This document shows positions 42,753 through 55,271 of a stretch of DNA of 64,000 nucleotides, piece after piece. Source of the stretch: Octopus vulgaris (taxonomy: Eukaryota); assembly GCA_951406725.2 (NCBI GenBank), contig OX597816.1, forward strand, positions 164,734,001 to 164,798,000, read 5' to 3'. Each line of letters begins with the position of its first letter. Position 1 is the stretch's first letter. The notes beneath the pieces were generated by a model. That model saw only the letters and a list, made by a program, of their open reading frames with translations, did no database searches and was not told where the DNA came from. The position numbers were made by a program, and so were the translations under genes.

Positions 42753-43020
42753 ACATATATATTTGCGTGATGTGGTTTGTTGATCACGCTGAAAAAATAT
42801 ATCTCAAACATTTTCATATCCATACATAGACATATGTGCGGTGTGCTTGCGTTTGTATGCTTATATAAGGAAGTTTTATCAGACTTTACGTCAGTGTTCG
42901 CATTATAACTTCCATTCTTATATTCTATTATTCTTTATTCTTTTCATTGCTTCAGCCATCGGACTGTGGTCATACTCGGGCATACCCTTCGATGGATCTA
43001 CTCCGATATTACTGTCCCAA

Positions 43021-43423
43021 AGGCGGCGAGCTGGCAGAAATGCGTAGCTGTATTTCGTCTGCCGTCTGCCGTTACGTTCTGAGTTCAAATTCCACCGAGG
43101 TCGACTTTGCCTTTCATCCTTTCGCGGTCGATAAATTAAGTACCAGTTATGCACTGGGGTCGATATAATCGACTTAATCCGTTTGTCTGTCCTTGTTTGT
43201 CCTCTCTATGTTTAGCCCCTTGTGGGTAATAAAGAAATAGGTATTTCGTCTGCCGTTACGTTCTGAGTTCAAATTCCGCCGAGGTCGACTTTGCCTTTCA
43301 TCCTTTCGCGGTCGATAAATTAAGTACCACTTATGCACTGGGGTCGATATAATCGACTTAATCCGTTTGTCTGTCCTTGTTTGTCCTCTCTGTGTTTAGC
43401 CCCTTGTGGGTAGTAAAGAAATA
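43021..43423 (+). mobile_element. SINE family B, tandem dimer
   Basis: Core plus tail repeated twice. Confidence 0.88.
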
Positions 43424-43678
43424 GATATTACTGTCCCCTGTAGTTGCTTCAGCTTCGTATTTATTTTGTCGAAAATTAGTTACTTTTCCATGTAAAGAGA
43501 TGCAATTCCGGTTACTGCCATACTTTTAAATACACACACATTGCTTGGAAATGAATAGAATGAGATTGTCGTATACGAATAAAGGAAGCGTAGTAATGGG
43601 ATTTAACAGCTTTTCATACTATAATGGGCCGACTAGATAGAAAAAAAATACACGTAGTCAACATGCTTACTCACGGTC

Positions 43679-43709
<31 letters not shown>

Positions 43710-44284
43710 CGTGCGTGTGAACTTGTACGCTAATATCGAACACTGACAATGAGTGCTCGACACCGCATTGGTGGATAAATACTTTCTATACTTTCTATAT
43801 GTGGGTTAACAAAATAAATAAATAAATAAATAAATAAATAAAACAATTGATTCATGTGAACATCTCTTCATAGTTGTTCAAGCGTGCCACATGGGAAAAT
43901 TATCAAGCTCAATATACGATATAGGAAAAGATTTACACAGCGTGAGACGACTGTTGTTATCGTTAGGCCTAACTCATCGTAAAGTCAATACCACCATGAC
44001 TGATATCCAATCTACAGTGGAGAAGGCTAGCCACTGGGTTTGGTTAAAAAGAGACGATGAGCGATGGCTAGAAGTATATTGAGTTCTTCATAACCAGCTG
44101 ATCTAGCAAGCGGGGCCTCATATCAGTGAGGGGGGCCGGTGCGCATTGAGGCCGTCGAGAAGTAGGCCCCGAAACGGCGCGCATTCTCTCCTGATGACCC
44201 CATACACTTGCTAGCTTCCGATATACGGAACATTTAACTGGTAGCACTTGCATGTGCAAGTTGTTTGCAAGACATTTTGGATGA

Positions 44285-44336
<52 letters not shown>

Positions 44337-44344
44337 ACAATTTA

Positions 44345-44925
44345 ATAAATAAAACATATACATACATACATACATATATGTACATGCCTACATCTATATG
44401 TATATATACATGCATATATGAGTACAGGACACCACAAATAAACGTAGAACACAACGAGAAACGAAAACATAAAACCAAACAAGGAAACGGACCATTTTTT
44501 TTAACATCGAAAAAACAGAGTACAAGACAACCAACACAAGGAACATTCCCCTTCTTCAGCTGCCCCTGTTTCGACTCAATGCGTTTACTTGGAAAAGGAT
44601 GCGTGGCGTTCGATCATATAATAATATAAATAATATATAAATATATGCATATATACATACATATATGTACATACCTACATATATATGTATATATACATGC
44701 ATATATGGATACAGGAAACGCGGAGTTGATGAAACAGGGACAACTGAAGAAGGGGAATATTCCCTATGTTATATGTCTCGTTTCTATGTTTTTGTTTTTA
44801 TGTTTTCGTTTCTCATTGTGTTCAACGTCTTTTTGATGTCCTGTACCCATATATGCAAGTATATATACATATAGACGCAGGTATGTACATATATGTATGT
44901 ATATATGCATATATTTATATTACTA
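44345..44925. mobile_element. Inverted pair of Penelope-like terminal repeats
   Basis: 44345-44587 is the reverse complement of ~44716-44925; both are homologous to 30760-31020. Confidence 0.6.
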
Positions 44926-45225
44926 TTATATATATATAGTAAAACTGAGAATGTGTGTCTGTCTGCGTGTTTGTATGTATGCACAACTAAAACTCGGGAA
45001 CTACCCAACGGATTTCATTCAAATTTTACACATGCTTTAATTAGGGTTCATGCAGTGTCATGGGCAAAACAAAAAATTCAATTTCGCGCTTAATGCGAGC
45101 CCGGAGCAATCTCTTATCTCTTATACGGTTTCCGTATTACCTGTCAAAAGTTAAACAATAACATTTCTATTAATACTTTCACTATTATATGGTTTCAATT
45201 TCAGGTACTTTCAATATGCATTTAC

Positions 45226-45237
45226 ATGCATGTATGC

Positions 45238-45268
<31 letters not shown>

Positions 45269-45402
45269 TGTATGTATGTATGTATGTATGTATGTATGTA
45301 TGTATGTATGTATGTATTCATGTATGTATGTATGTGTGTATGTGTATGTATGTATGTATGTATGTATGTATGTATGTATGTATGTATGTATGTATGTATG
45401 TA
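45226..45402. repeat. (TATG)n microsatellite
   Basis: Visible run. Confidence 0.97.
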
Positions 45403-45419
45403 GTGAACTCCTACCGCCT

Positions 45420-45499
45420 TCTAGCGACGGGACTAGCAGACCAGCCTGGTTTCGGGCTATTTCTGCCTCTCTTCAGTACTGGACATCTCGTCCGCTAGA
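45420..45499 (-). ncRNA. Type I hammerhead ribozyme-like motif with extended stem I
   Basis: UCUAGCGGACGAGAUGUCCAGUA-CUGAAGA-GAGGC-AGAAAUA-GCCC-GAA-ACCA-GGC-UGGU-C-UGCUAGUCCCGUCGCUAGA: intact CUGANGA/GAAA core and GUC site. Confidence 0.75.
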
Positions 45500-45593
45500 G
45501 ATGAATTTTTAGGATAATTAATATCGTACATAGAGGGGACAAAACAGGACAATACACACGATTATTGTTATTATGCGTTCATATGATACTTAG

Positions 45594-45631
45594 TTTTTAA
45601 ATGGAGGGCGGGGATTAAACCTGATTGGCTG
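45594..45631 (-). promoter_or_regulatory. CCAAT box, GC box and TATA-like cluster upstream of the hammerhead
   Basis: Minus strand reads CAGCCAATCAG..CCCCGCCC..TTTAAAAA in canonical Pol II order; motif evidence only. Confidence 0.35.
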
Positions 45632-45671
45632 AAAAGCCCAGCGTCTCTACCTTTTCTTTTTCCCATACGGA

Positions 45672-48175
45672 CTAAGCAGGGTCACTTGCAGCCACCTTTC
45701 TTACCACAGCCTTCCATCTTTTCTCGGACACACCTCGCGACAGGCATCTCTTCTCCAGCCTTATTTTGCTCTTCAGATGATATCTAAAGTATGACTGCAA
45801 ACTAGGGCCAGAGATGAAGGATCCCGTCACAAGTCCTTGCAATCTGGTCTTCCAAACACACTCTTTCAACACTGCAACTGGACAGAGAAAACATGCCTCA
45901 CCCTCCTTTGAGAGTCCAGTTGGCGGCACAATCTTTACTATAGACTCAGCTGATAGCTGTACTCTGCCTAGGTGTGACAACACGTTATCAACGTAAATTA
46001 TCAAGCCTGAAAGTTTCCGGTACTGTACAAAAGCGTGCTAGACGGTTCCATACTCCAGCCCACATCTTGGACATGCCGTTGGCACTGACATTCCGTGCCT
46101 GGCTAACTTATCGCGAACCGGCAAAGCGTTTCTGTAGTACTACCAGGTCAGAGATTTTTGGTAATTATCCAAATACCCCGGCCTAAAAGTTTTTGGAACA
46201 GGTTGGCAAGTTGGTTCTCGTTGAACCCCAGAGCCCCTTGTAGGACGTCATCATTTTAAAACTCTACCAGCCCTTTATACAAAACCGAGGTGGTATTCCC
46301 ACTGCCGGCCTTGCCCATCTTGTGGATTAGCACGAGTGGCTGTCGACACTCCTTTTGCCATTCTGTCAAATTACGTCTATTAATAAAACCGGGTTTAAAT
46401 CTCTCTAAAGAGGCTGGGCGCGGAAAGAATCCCTCCGCCAGCGGATTCCACACCTTGTCACCCTCAGTGTAGCGCCAGAGATGTCTCAGCCTCAACGCAT
46501 GTCTGCGCATCATTAGACAGGGCATCCCTAACCCACCCTTGCAGCAGACGGAGCGCCTCGCAATTGGCTTTCCTCCTTTCCACAATAAGCGGAAGAGAAG
46601 GCGTTCCAACTTGTTTAACTATGAGTCGGGCCAAGAGACAACGGTTAGGTGGTAGGTAATTACAAATGCAAAAGGCATCTGTACCGCCTCCACCCTTCCT
46701 TTCATGGACAGAGCCTTTCCGGACCAAGTCCGGACTAGGGCCTCCACCTTGTCTGCAACTTCGCTCCAATTTTTCTCCATCTGGGAGTCCGGTCCAAACC
46801 AAACTCCAAGCAATTTAACAGGACTATCTGTCCAGTGATCCACGACACTGAACGATATCGACTTGTTCCTCCAGGTGCCGAGGTGCAAGCCGATGGACTC
46901 GTCCTTTTTAACTTTTGCCCCTGCCACCGCCTCGTATCCTTTGATAGCGTTCTCTACGCAAGGTAGCTAAGCCTCATTGGACACGATGACGGTGACGTCA
47001 TCCGCATAAGCAGAGACCGACTTACCGCATCCGATTTCATTGGCGGTGTGCCCCAAATTCTCCAGCTTCCGCAGTAATAATTCAAGAGCCAACACGTACA
47101 GAAGCGGAGACAAGGGACACCTTTGACGAACTGAGCGCTTGATAAAAAAACGGCTCCGATTGGTAGCCGTTTATCTGAACGCTGGATTTGATGTCGCTAT
47201 ACATTGCGGAGATCCACCTACGGAAGTCGGGCCCAGCCCAGCCGTTTCGAGGACCGCCTCCAGATACTGGTGATCTACCCTATCAAACGCTTTACTTTGG
47301 TCTAAATGGACCAGTGCCCAACCTTTGCCAGTTAATTTACCCAACCTGTCTAAGGTGTAGTGTATAAGGTGAAGATTGTCCTGGATCGACCTGCCTTCCC
47401 AACAGGTGCACTCTTATGATGGTAGACAACGGCTCATTTTTTTCCACGTAGGAAACAATTTTGTGTTTTGGGGAGGGGTTTGATAAAAAGTTTCACCGTA
47501 GGGTTGGTCTGGGGAATTTTGCTTTGTGTGGCTGTTGTGTGTTTAACTGACTTTTTCTGTTTGGAGAGGGGAGCCTGGGACTTGTGCTTTTTTCTGTGTT
47601 ACAGTTGTATACTCCATTTCATCGCTCTTACCTGTCTTTTCCTCTGCTATTGCTCTCTCTTTTGTTTCCGTTGCATTTTCCGGCTTTTCTCCTCTTCCTT
47701 TTACCACCTTCTCATCATTTTGGGAAGGGGATTCGTTGTCTTTCTTTTTCGCGCACTTTGAGCGGATGTGGTCCTTTTCTCCACATTTGAAGCAACGAGG
47801 CCTACGTCCCTCAACGTCTACTCTCATGGTTAGCTCCTCCACAACAAACACCCTATCGGGCAAATTTTCTAGCGTTTCGTTCGACGCTTGAACGACCATC
47901 TCAAGGGTCTCGCCTTTCCAGTTGACAGCTTCTTTTTTTCATTTGCAATATCGACACCGCCTCCTCCACGCCGTATATGACCTCCACTGCTACCCACATA
48001 ACCTCATAACCAGCCGGGATCTCAGCTAGCATAATTTTTGCTGCACTGCGACCCAAGTATATGGGTAGCAGAATTATCTCGTCGTTTCTTAAGGTCTTCA
48101 TGGATACCTCCTTCGCTACGTTAGCCGTTTCGAACTGCGCTTCCACCGTTGCGTTTCTTGTTCCACGGCTAACTG
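45672..48175 (-). mobile_element. Tx1/L1-like non-LTR retrotransposon, decayed and internally deleted
   Basis: ORF1 CCHC knuckle RCFKCGEKDHIRSKC; RT motifs LDQSKAFDRVDH, RCPLSPLLY and VSAYADDVT; KLLGVWFG, LFRLLWKG and GGLGMP. The endonuclease region is missing between ~47400 and 47540. Confidence 0.88.
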
Positions 48176-48198
48176 AACCTTACCACAAACAGTAAAGT

Positions 48199-48277
48199 CT
48201 GAAGAAGGAAATATTATTCGATGGAGTTGAATACGGACTGTTCCTACAGACCTTTAATATTTCCTGAAACGGCTGTA
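48199..48277 (+). ncRNA. Hammerhead-like motif with long stem II
   Basis: CUGAAGA-AGGAAAUAUUA-(38 nt)-UAAUAUUUCCU-GAAA-CGGCUG-UA: perfect 11-bp stem II, but stem I is not evident. Confidence 0.5.
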
Positions 48278-48669
48278 GGTGTGTAAATGATTTTTACTTT
48301 TCATGGTTTTTAACTGACTTTTACCTTCATGATATCTCGTACTACTGATTTCTATTTATTCCTCCTTGAATACATGTATCTACCCACGCACACACGGTTT
48401 TCATGTTCTTATATCTTACTTCATGTACATTTTATATCTTATTTTTATTATACTTTTTTATTATCTTTTATTATTTTTTTATTATTTGAATTTTTTAATA
48501 TAATAATGTATCCCATCCAAGTCTTATAAATCGCTGTAAGCACGATTTAGTTTTCGAATGTAAAGTACTGACAACTGAAATTTTTATCTTGTACAACAAC
48601 TTTTTTATTACTCCTTAGCTCATAAACGAGCACAAAAAAGACAATTGTACTATACATTAAAATTTCTCG

Positions 48670-48722
<53 letters not shown>

Positions 48723-50726
48723 ATATATACATAAATCGGTACGATATACCAAAATAAGGCAAAGCGATAAGGGAACGTATACACGGTTATTCAATCTGCT
48801 AAAAATAGCTGCCAAATCTACCATAACATCATAAACGAGGAAGGATACATTGACTAAAGTAGTCTAGGTTATACTATCCACCTTTTGTGCCAAGAAAGGT
48901 GAGATAGTTATGACTCACACACCTTTGACCATAGGTGCACTCAGCCACCTCTGAGACGGTGTTAAACAACTTGAGCATGACATTTATGTATTGAATATAA
49001 TGCATCTTTATATTTTGAAGAAAAAAGTTTATCTGATTAAACGAAGCTTCAGTTTGAAAAACATAATTTGATTACATTATGGTTCGCCACTTCCACTAAT
49101 ATTGTTGTGTAGTGTTGTGGCAACATATTTACAATAAATTCGATAATGATGTTTAGGTTATTCTAATAATATTTTGCATTTAAATTATAGTTACTAGCAG
49201 TTTTCATGATTATTGATTTTTAACATAGGAAGATGGCGGTTATAAGCTTTTGTTTGTTTTGTGTGAAGTGGTAATGGCGGGAAGGAGATACACGTCTTCT
49301 TCCATTGATGTTGAAAATTTTCCAGTAGCACTAAACAGATTCTGAATTTAATACATCGATTTCAGTAACTTATTCTTGTGACTGGTCTGGAAGGTCGCTT
49401 ATATCAATAACAATTCGTGAATGACGATGTTCCTTTAAATTTTTTGTAGTTCCTATATATAGAAACCTTATTTTGTGTAAAAACATTTTTCGGTGACAAA
49501 AGTAACTTATTATTCAGCATACAAATCGTGTTTTTCAGGCCAAAATTTACGGGCAAAAATGGAAGATCGGCACATCTATCACCAAGACAACTTTGGAGGA
49601 CCAAACATTCAATGAGAAATGCAGCAGGATTTGGAAAAAGTGGCAACGATGTTTTAATACCGGAAAATACGGTACGTGAACACTTTTAAGGTGCAATTTA
49701 TGATGCATCTCAATACAAACACTTAACTCCAGTTTCAAAATCATCCATCAGTATTTTTTTTTACTTACCTTTTATGATCTCTCGTGCTTTATGTGTTACA
49801 GTTTCTATTTTGTTAAACCATTCAGCTTTAAACAAATGTCCAGTTTATAGCAAAAATGTAGCCGTTACTGGCTTTGCTAAAAATTCTATTTACTTATCCA
49901 TGAAGCTCTCCATTGCCCTGTCGTGTACATTTTCACAAGAAGAAAGGATGGTATGTTATTTTTCTCTCCTTTTTTTTTTTTTGCACATCATCCACAATTC
50001 CTTTACATTTCCCGTTGTTATCGTGCATTTAACATTATTTTTCGCATGAATTCTTCCGTTTCCCTAAGACAATCAACTTATACTGCATTTCCATTTTTGA
50101 TATAAACAACGTTGCAACAACTTACATATATGAAGACATTCTATAACCACATACACACTCTAATGGCTTTGCCTTCAGTGATTGTTCCCAGCTTATTTCT
50201 ACTTATTTTATGGTCCCAGAAAGTTAAAGTCGACTGCGACGGTGTTCGAACTCTGAATTTGGTGTAACGCAACAAAATACTACATCCTTTTGGGGTCTGG
50301 CGCTCTACCGATTCTGCCATGAATAATTTCTCTGCTCTGCGAGGTCATAATGGGAAAGAGTGCAATGTAATTAGGGCAAAGGTGAAAGGTTGATATGGAG
50401 ATCCAGTTGAGCAAATAGATTAATTCCAAAGACAAGAACCAGTCGTAGAGTCGACTAAAAGGAGCCAAGATGTATTATAAGACAAACTGGCTGTAAGGGA
50501 AGAGGAGAGATGGGAAGATGATAGGAGAGGAGAAAGAGAGAGAAAGAGAGAGATATAAAGAAAGAGAGAGAGAAAGAAGAAGGAGACGGAGAGAGAGAGA
50601 GAGAGAGAGAGACGAAGGGAGAAAAGGGAGTCAGTGAGAGAAGGGCAACAGAGCAGTTAAGTTACATAGCAACTACTGAGAAACTTTTCTAAAGCTGAGG
50701 CTGGTAATAAAAGAAAAGAGAGAGGT

Positions 50727-50770
<44 letters not shown>

Positions 50771-50984
50771 CAGCAGAGCAGTCATGTTATTATGTGGCAA
50801 TCAGAGGGGAAACTCTTGTAGTTTTACTCTAATATAAACTATAACATGGAAAACATTTCCAAATGTGAATTTAGATATGTAAAAAGAACAAAAAGGGCTT
50901 TGTTGTTTTTGCGCGTCAGACTTAGAAACTCGTTTGCCTATTGGGTCAGAAAACATAAATATAGACATAAATAATGGTTTTGAA

Positions 50985-52000
50985 TTTAGGCACATGATCA
51001 GCAGCTTCTGAGGGGAGGGGTTACAGTCAAATATATCGGCCTCCGGTTCTTGACCGGCACTAATTTTATCGAAAGGGGTGAAAGGCAAAACCGACCTCGG
51101 TGGAATTTGTGCTCAGAATATAAACACGGACGAAATGCTGCTAAGCTTTTTGTCTGGTATGCTAACGGTTCTGCCCGCTCGCTGCTTTTAATGGTCTCGA
51201 ATTCTGGCACAAGGCCAGTAAGTTTGAGGGGAGGGGTAAGTTGATTACATCGCCCTCCATTACTTGAGTGGTACTTATTTTATCGCTCCACACCCACTTC
51301 GAAAGGGGTGAAAAGCAAAGTCGACGTCGGCGGAATTTGAACTTAAGACGTAAAGTCGAAAGAAATACCTATTTCTTTACTACCCACAAGGGGCTAAACA
51401 CAGAGGAGCAAACAAGGACAGACAAACGCATTAAGTCGATTACATCGACCCCAGTGCGTAACTGGTACTTATTTAATCGCCCCCGAAATAATGAAAAGCA
51501 AAGTCGACCTCGGCGGAATTTGAACTCAGAACGTAGCGGCAGATGAAATACCTATTTCTTTATTACCCACAAGGGGCTAAACATAGAGGGGACAAACAAG
51601 AATAGACACAGGTATTAAGTCGATTACATCGACTCCAGTGCGTAACTGGTACTTAATTTATCGACCCCGAAAGGATGAAAGGCAAAGTCGACCTCGGCGG
51701 AATTTGAACTCACAACGTAACGGCTGATGAAATACCGCTAAGCATTTCGCCCGGCGTGCTAACGGTTCTACCCGCTAGCTGCCTTTAATGGTCTCGAATT
51801 TTGGCACAAGGCCAGTGAGTTTGAAGGATGGGGTAAGTTGATTACATCGCCCTCCATTACTTGAGTGGTACTTATTTTATCGCCCCACAGCCACTCCAAA
51901 AGGGGTGAAAAGCAATTCGAACTTAAGACGTAAAGTCGAAAGAAATGCCGCTAAGCATTTTGTCCGGCACGGTAACGATTCAGACAGCTCACCACCTTCA
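50985..52000 (-). mobile_element. Tandem stack of family B SINE copies
   Basis: Repeated cores; 51161-51366 is duplicated at 51758-51945. Confidence 0.8.
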
Positions 52001-52458
52001 AATGTAGACATATATAACAGAAGTTATATGATACAGAACAAAATATGAACAAAATATGATACAGAACAAAATATGATACAGAACGAACGGTCGTACCATT
52101 TATACTAATGCAAGGGATTTGTTCGGTTTAACTAGGTCATATTCTGATAAACATCAAATATGTGATCTTAAAATAAAGGGGAAATGTGATCAACTCCATT
52201 GAGTTTCAAACCCACGCAGATAATTTAGTAATGAAATTTGTCATAAAATTTATAATGAAAAGAATTTTTGAACAAACATTTATAGTCATAAATATACATT
52301 AAGAAATAAAATATTTTCACGGATGACCTGTTTTCTACATTAACGTAAATAAACTTCATAGAAATATTTGTGTCTATTAATTGCACATTTATTCTCTATT
52401 ATTATATTTTACAAGAGCAAAAAGCATTTTGCCGATTCAGTAAAGCAACTATTTAGAA

Positions 52459-52654
52459 CAGCAGTTCTCAACCGCGGCTCGCAGGACCTCATGCGGCCCT
52501 CAAGTATCTTTCTGGCGGCCTTCGACGGTCTTCTCTCTATAAATGTAATAATTTTTTCTTTAATTGACTTTTGTGTTACTATTTTTGGTGTCCCCTTCTA
52601 AGCAGTTCCTGGTTTTGGATCTGGCCCGGATATTTAAATAGTTGAGGACCACTG
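52459..52654. mobile_element. hAT (Charlie-type) MITE
   Basis: Imperfect TIRs CAGCAGTTCTCAAC / GTTGAGGACCACTG; degenerate 8-bp flanks ATTTAGAA / ATTCATAA. Confidence 0.6.
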
Positions 52655-52839
52655 ATTCATAATCATACATTATTTTGCTGAAATAGCACACTTTACAAAA
52701 AACTTGACACCCAGAAGATTAATAGCTTCTAAAAAAATATTATTTTTTTAACAAAAAAAAATCTCTTAAAATTTTTGAAAATATATCATTAGTTTTTTTT
52801 GCAGCATTTATTCGGTGAGGTCCTTGTGACTGACGCAGT

Positions 52840-53894
52840 TTCACACTTTTTTTCAATATCAGCGCCCATGGTTGGTAGGAACACGAAAAATGAAGATCAC
52901 CTCTATTTCAATTTTTAAATGATTACGAGCTTTTGATAGTCAGACTAAAATCCAGTTCAGCTGGGTAAGAAGTAAGAAAGGCAATGAAATGTAATTTCCA
53001 AAGCCATGGGAATTTCATTGCGTTTTGACTGTTTGTTCTTAAGTTATTGACCTATGATTAAATTTTGCTTGAATAGATTGATTACTCTACGACTTGATAA
53101 GATCATCTTGTAACGTGATATCAACATCAGCCTTTATTCTGAATGAGTCTACTGCCCAACTTGGCACATTCATTTGCAGGAGGTCTTTGAACTTAATTTC
53201 CGATTTACTTAGCAATTTCTTTAAGTGCTCAATGTTTATTATAATATCAGCGTCAAGCAGTTCTTCCTCAATAATAGAAGGGGTTAGAAAATGCATCAAC
53301 TCCTTACAGCCAATATTTATCGTAAAGTTTTCCAAGGAAAGCTCTTGTAACATCTTTGCAAATTATAAGATCTGTATCTTTGCCTCGTAGCTGTTTGTCA
53401 ATCAAATTTAGCTTCTCAGATATAATTTTAAGGTAGACTGCGTCACATTTGGCGACAAGGATTTCTTCTCTAAGCTTCTTACAATTCAGAAACATTGCAA
53501 CATTGTCCTAAAGTTCAACGAAGTGGCATGAGCAATTATCTTCACAGGTTGTCACCGGATGTATGACCTTCAAAGCAGTAACACAATATTTATTACGTAC
53601 AAGAATTTCTAATGCCAACTTAATACTTTATTCATAAATGATATATTATTTTCGAATCGCCAAGTAAATCCCCACCTTTTTTCTCTCATGACGGAACATT
53701 TTGTATGTGTGTATGTATGTTTATGGGTCTAGATTTTAAAGGGTTACGGATGCTAATAGAAAATTTTAGAAAGAAACTGTGTTAGTTGTGAGGTCCCTTC
53801 ATTGAGCTTGCTCTCCACCCCTCGCGCCATTTAATTCCCAAACTTTTCTGTGGCCTCACTGTACTTTGCCATGACTCCAGGTTGGGAACCACTA
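52840..53894 (-). pseudogene. hAT (Buster/Charlie-like) transposase relic
   Basis: YLKIISEKLNLIDKQLRG (cf. YLxDIFxKLNxLNxxLQG) and FKDLLQMNVPSWAVDSF; TIR-like GGTTGGGAACCACT at ~53880. Confidence 0.7.
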
Positions 53895-54645
53895 CTCTAC
53901 AATACTGCGATTTCTTGGGGGTTTAGAGAATGAAATGGTAAAATATATGAATATTAATGCTTGAGTGGTACCTCAAATACCAGTCCCATTGAGGGAGAAA
54001 AGGAAGAAGTCGGCAGCGGTGGAATTTGAACACAGGATGTAATATAACAATTTACATCTTGTATATCAAAAATACGTCACACACCCAATTATGCCACCAA
54101 TCGCCCTTCATACATCCTCCACCATGCAATATGTAATAAAATTATTGAAATGAGTTTTAAGCTGCTTCATAAACAGAAGGTTACACCTCTCTATAAAGGA
54201 GGACACATGAATTTAGGATAATCTCTATTCAGTTCTCATAATTATCATATACACATTGGAAGACCAATAAAATGTCTGAAATAAACACGTAATTACTAAA
54301 GATCACGTGTCATGAAGATCACATATCATAAAAATCACATAAAAAGATCATCTCTCCTTGAATACCATATTTCATAAAGAATCATTATCATAAATCGCAA
54401 ATCTGATAAAAGATCAAACGTCATACAGACATTTACTGATTGGTAAATGTGTGTTACTGCACAGCATTGAAGCATAACAGACCAAAAGATAAATATCAGT
54501 TGTATAAAATGACACGAACCTATTTTAGACTGAATGAATAGATTAATCTAACAGAGGAAATGGTATATCTAGCATTGAAATGACTATCGTCACAGCAGAT
54601 ATTATTTATTTCTAAACAAAGAAAAAAAAAGTTAAAATAAATTAC

Positions 54646-54728
54646 TTCCACGAATAGGACTTGAACACATACTGGAAGTTATCCATTTGCACTGAAGCCT
54701 TTAGCGCTAACCACTCGGCCACAGTGTT
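54646..54728 (-). pseudogene. Old tRNA-Leu(UAA)-derived pseudogene (anticodon position now TCA)
   Basis: Colinear 83-nt match to the Leu copies with the A box TGGCCGAGTGG intact; anticodon and acceptor stems are broken. Confidence 0.75.
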
Positions 54729-54769
54729 GCAATGATTGGCTTTTACTACAAAGCGGGCCTCCATCTTTT

Positions 54770-55076
54770 GTTTGTTCCTTCTCAAGCCACGCCTGGCTCA
54801 TAAGGACCGGTTTCCCGGTTTCCTTGGCGTATAGGTTACCCCACCTGGACGGGACGCCGGTCCGTCGCAGGTGAGCTGCAAGATGCAGGAGGAAAGAGTG
54901 AGAGACAGTTGTGGCGAAAGAGTCAGCAGAAGTTTCGCCATTACCTTCTGCCGGAGCCGCGTGGAGCTTAGGTGTTTCGCTCATAAGCACACACACACAT
55001 CGCCCGGTCTGTGATTCGAACCTGCGATCCCTCGACCGCGAGTCCGCTGCTCTAACCACTAGGCCATGTGCTTCCA
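54770..55076 (-). mobile_element. tRNA-derived SINE, family A variant
   Basis: Near-identical to 5655-5958. Confidence 0.88.
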
Positions 55077-55234
55077 CCCTCCATCCATTAATGTACTCGA
55101 AATGAAACCTTAGAAAGTTCAAAACATTCTTAATGGCGCCTTTTTGAATTAAAAGGAATTGAGTTTATTGTATGCATACCTACAATCTTCAACACTTACT
55201 ACATTCCAGAATCCTGATTATATATATGCATGTG

Positions 55235-55271
<37 letters not shown>

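Noticed and set aside
49540-49750. Possible Tc1/mariner transposase N-terminal relic (LSPRQL...TVREH)
   Set aside because: Similarity is too vague, and I found no catalytic motifs or TIRs.
52195-52240. Possible further tRNA-Leu fossil (GTTTCAAACCCACGCAGA)
   Set aside because: Similarity is limited to about 20 nt of the T arm; too weak to call.
54300-54430. Degenerate ~16-bp GATCACATATCATAAA repeats
   Set aside because: Looks like a decayed minisatellite with no further structure.
54646-54728. tRNA-Sec or opal suppressor
   Set aside because: Stems are broken, Sec-specific arm lengths are absent, and it is colinear with tRNA-Leu(UAA).
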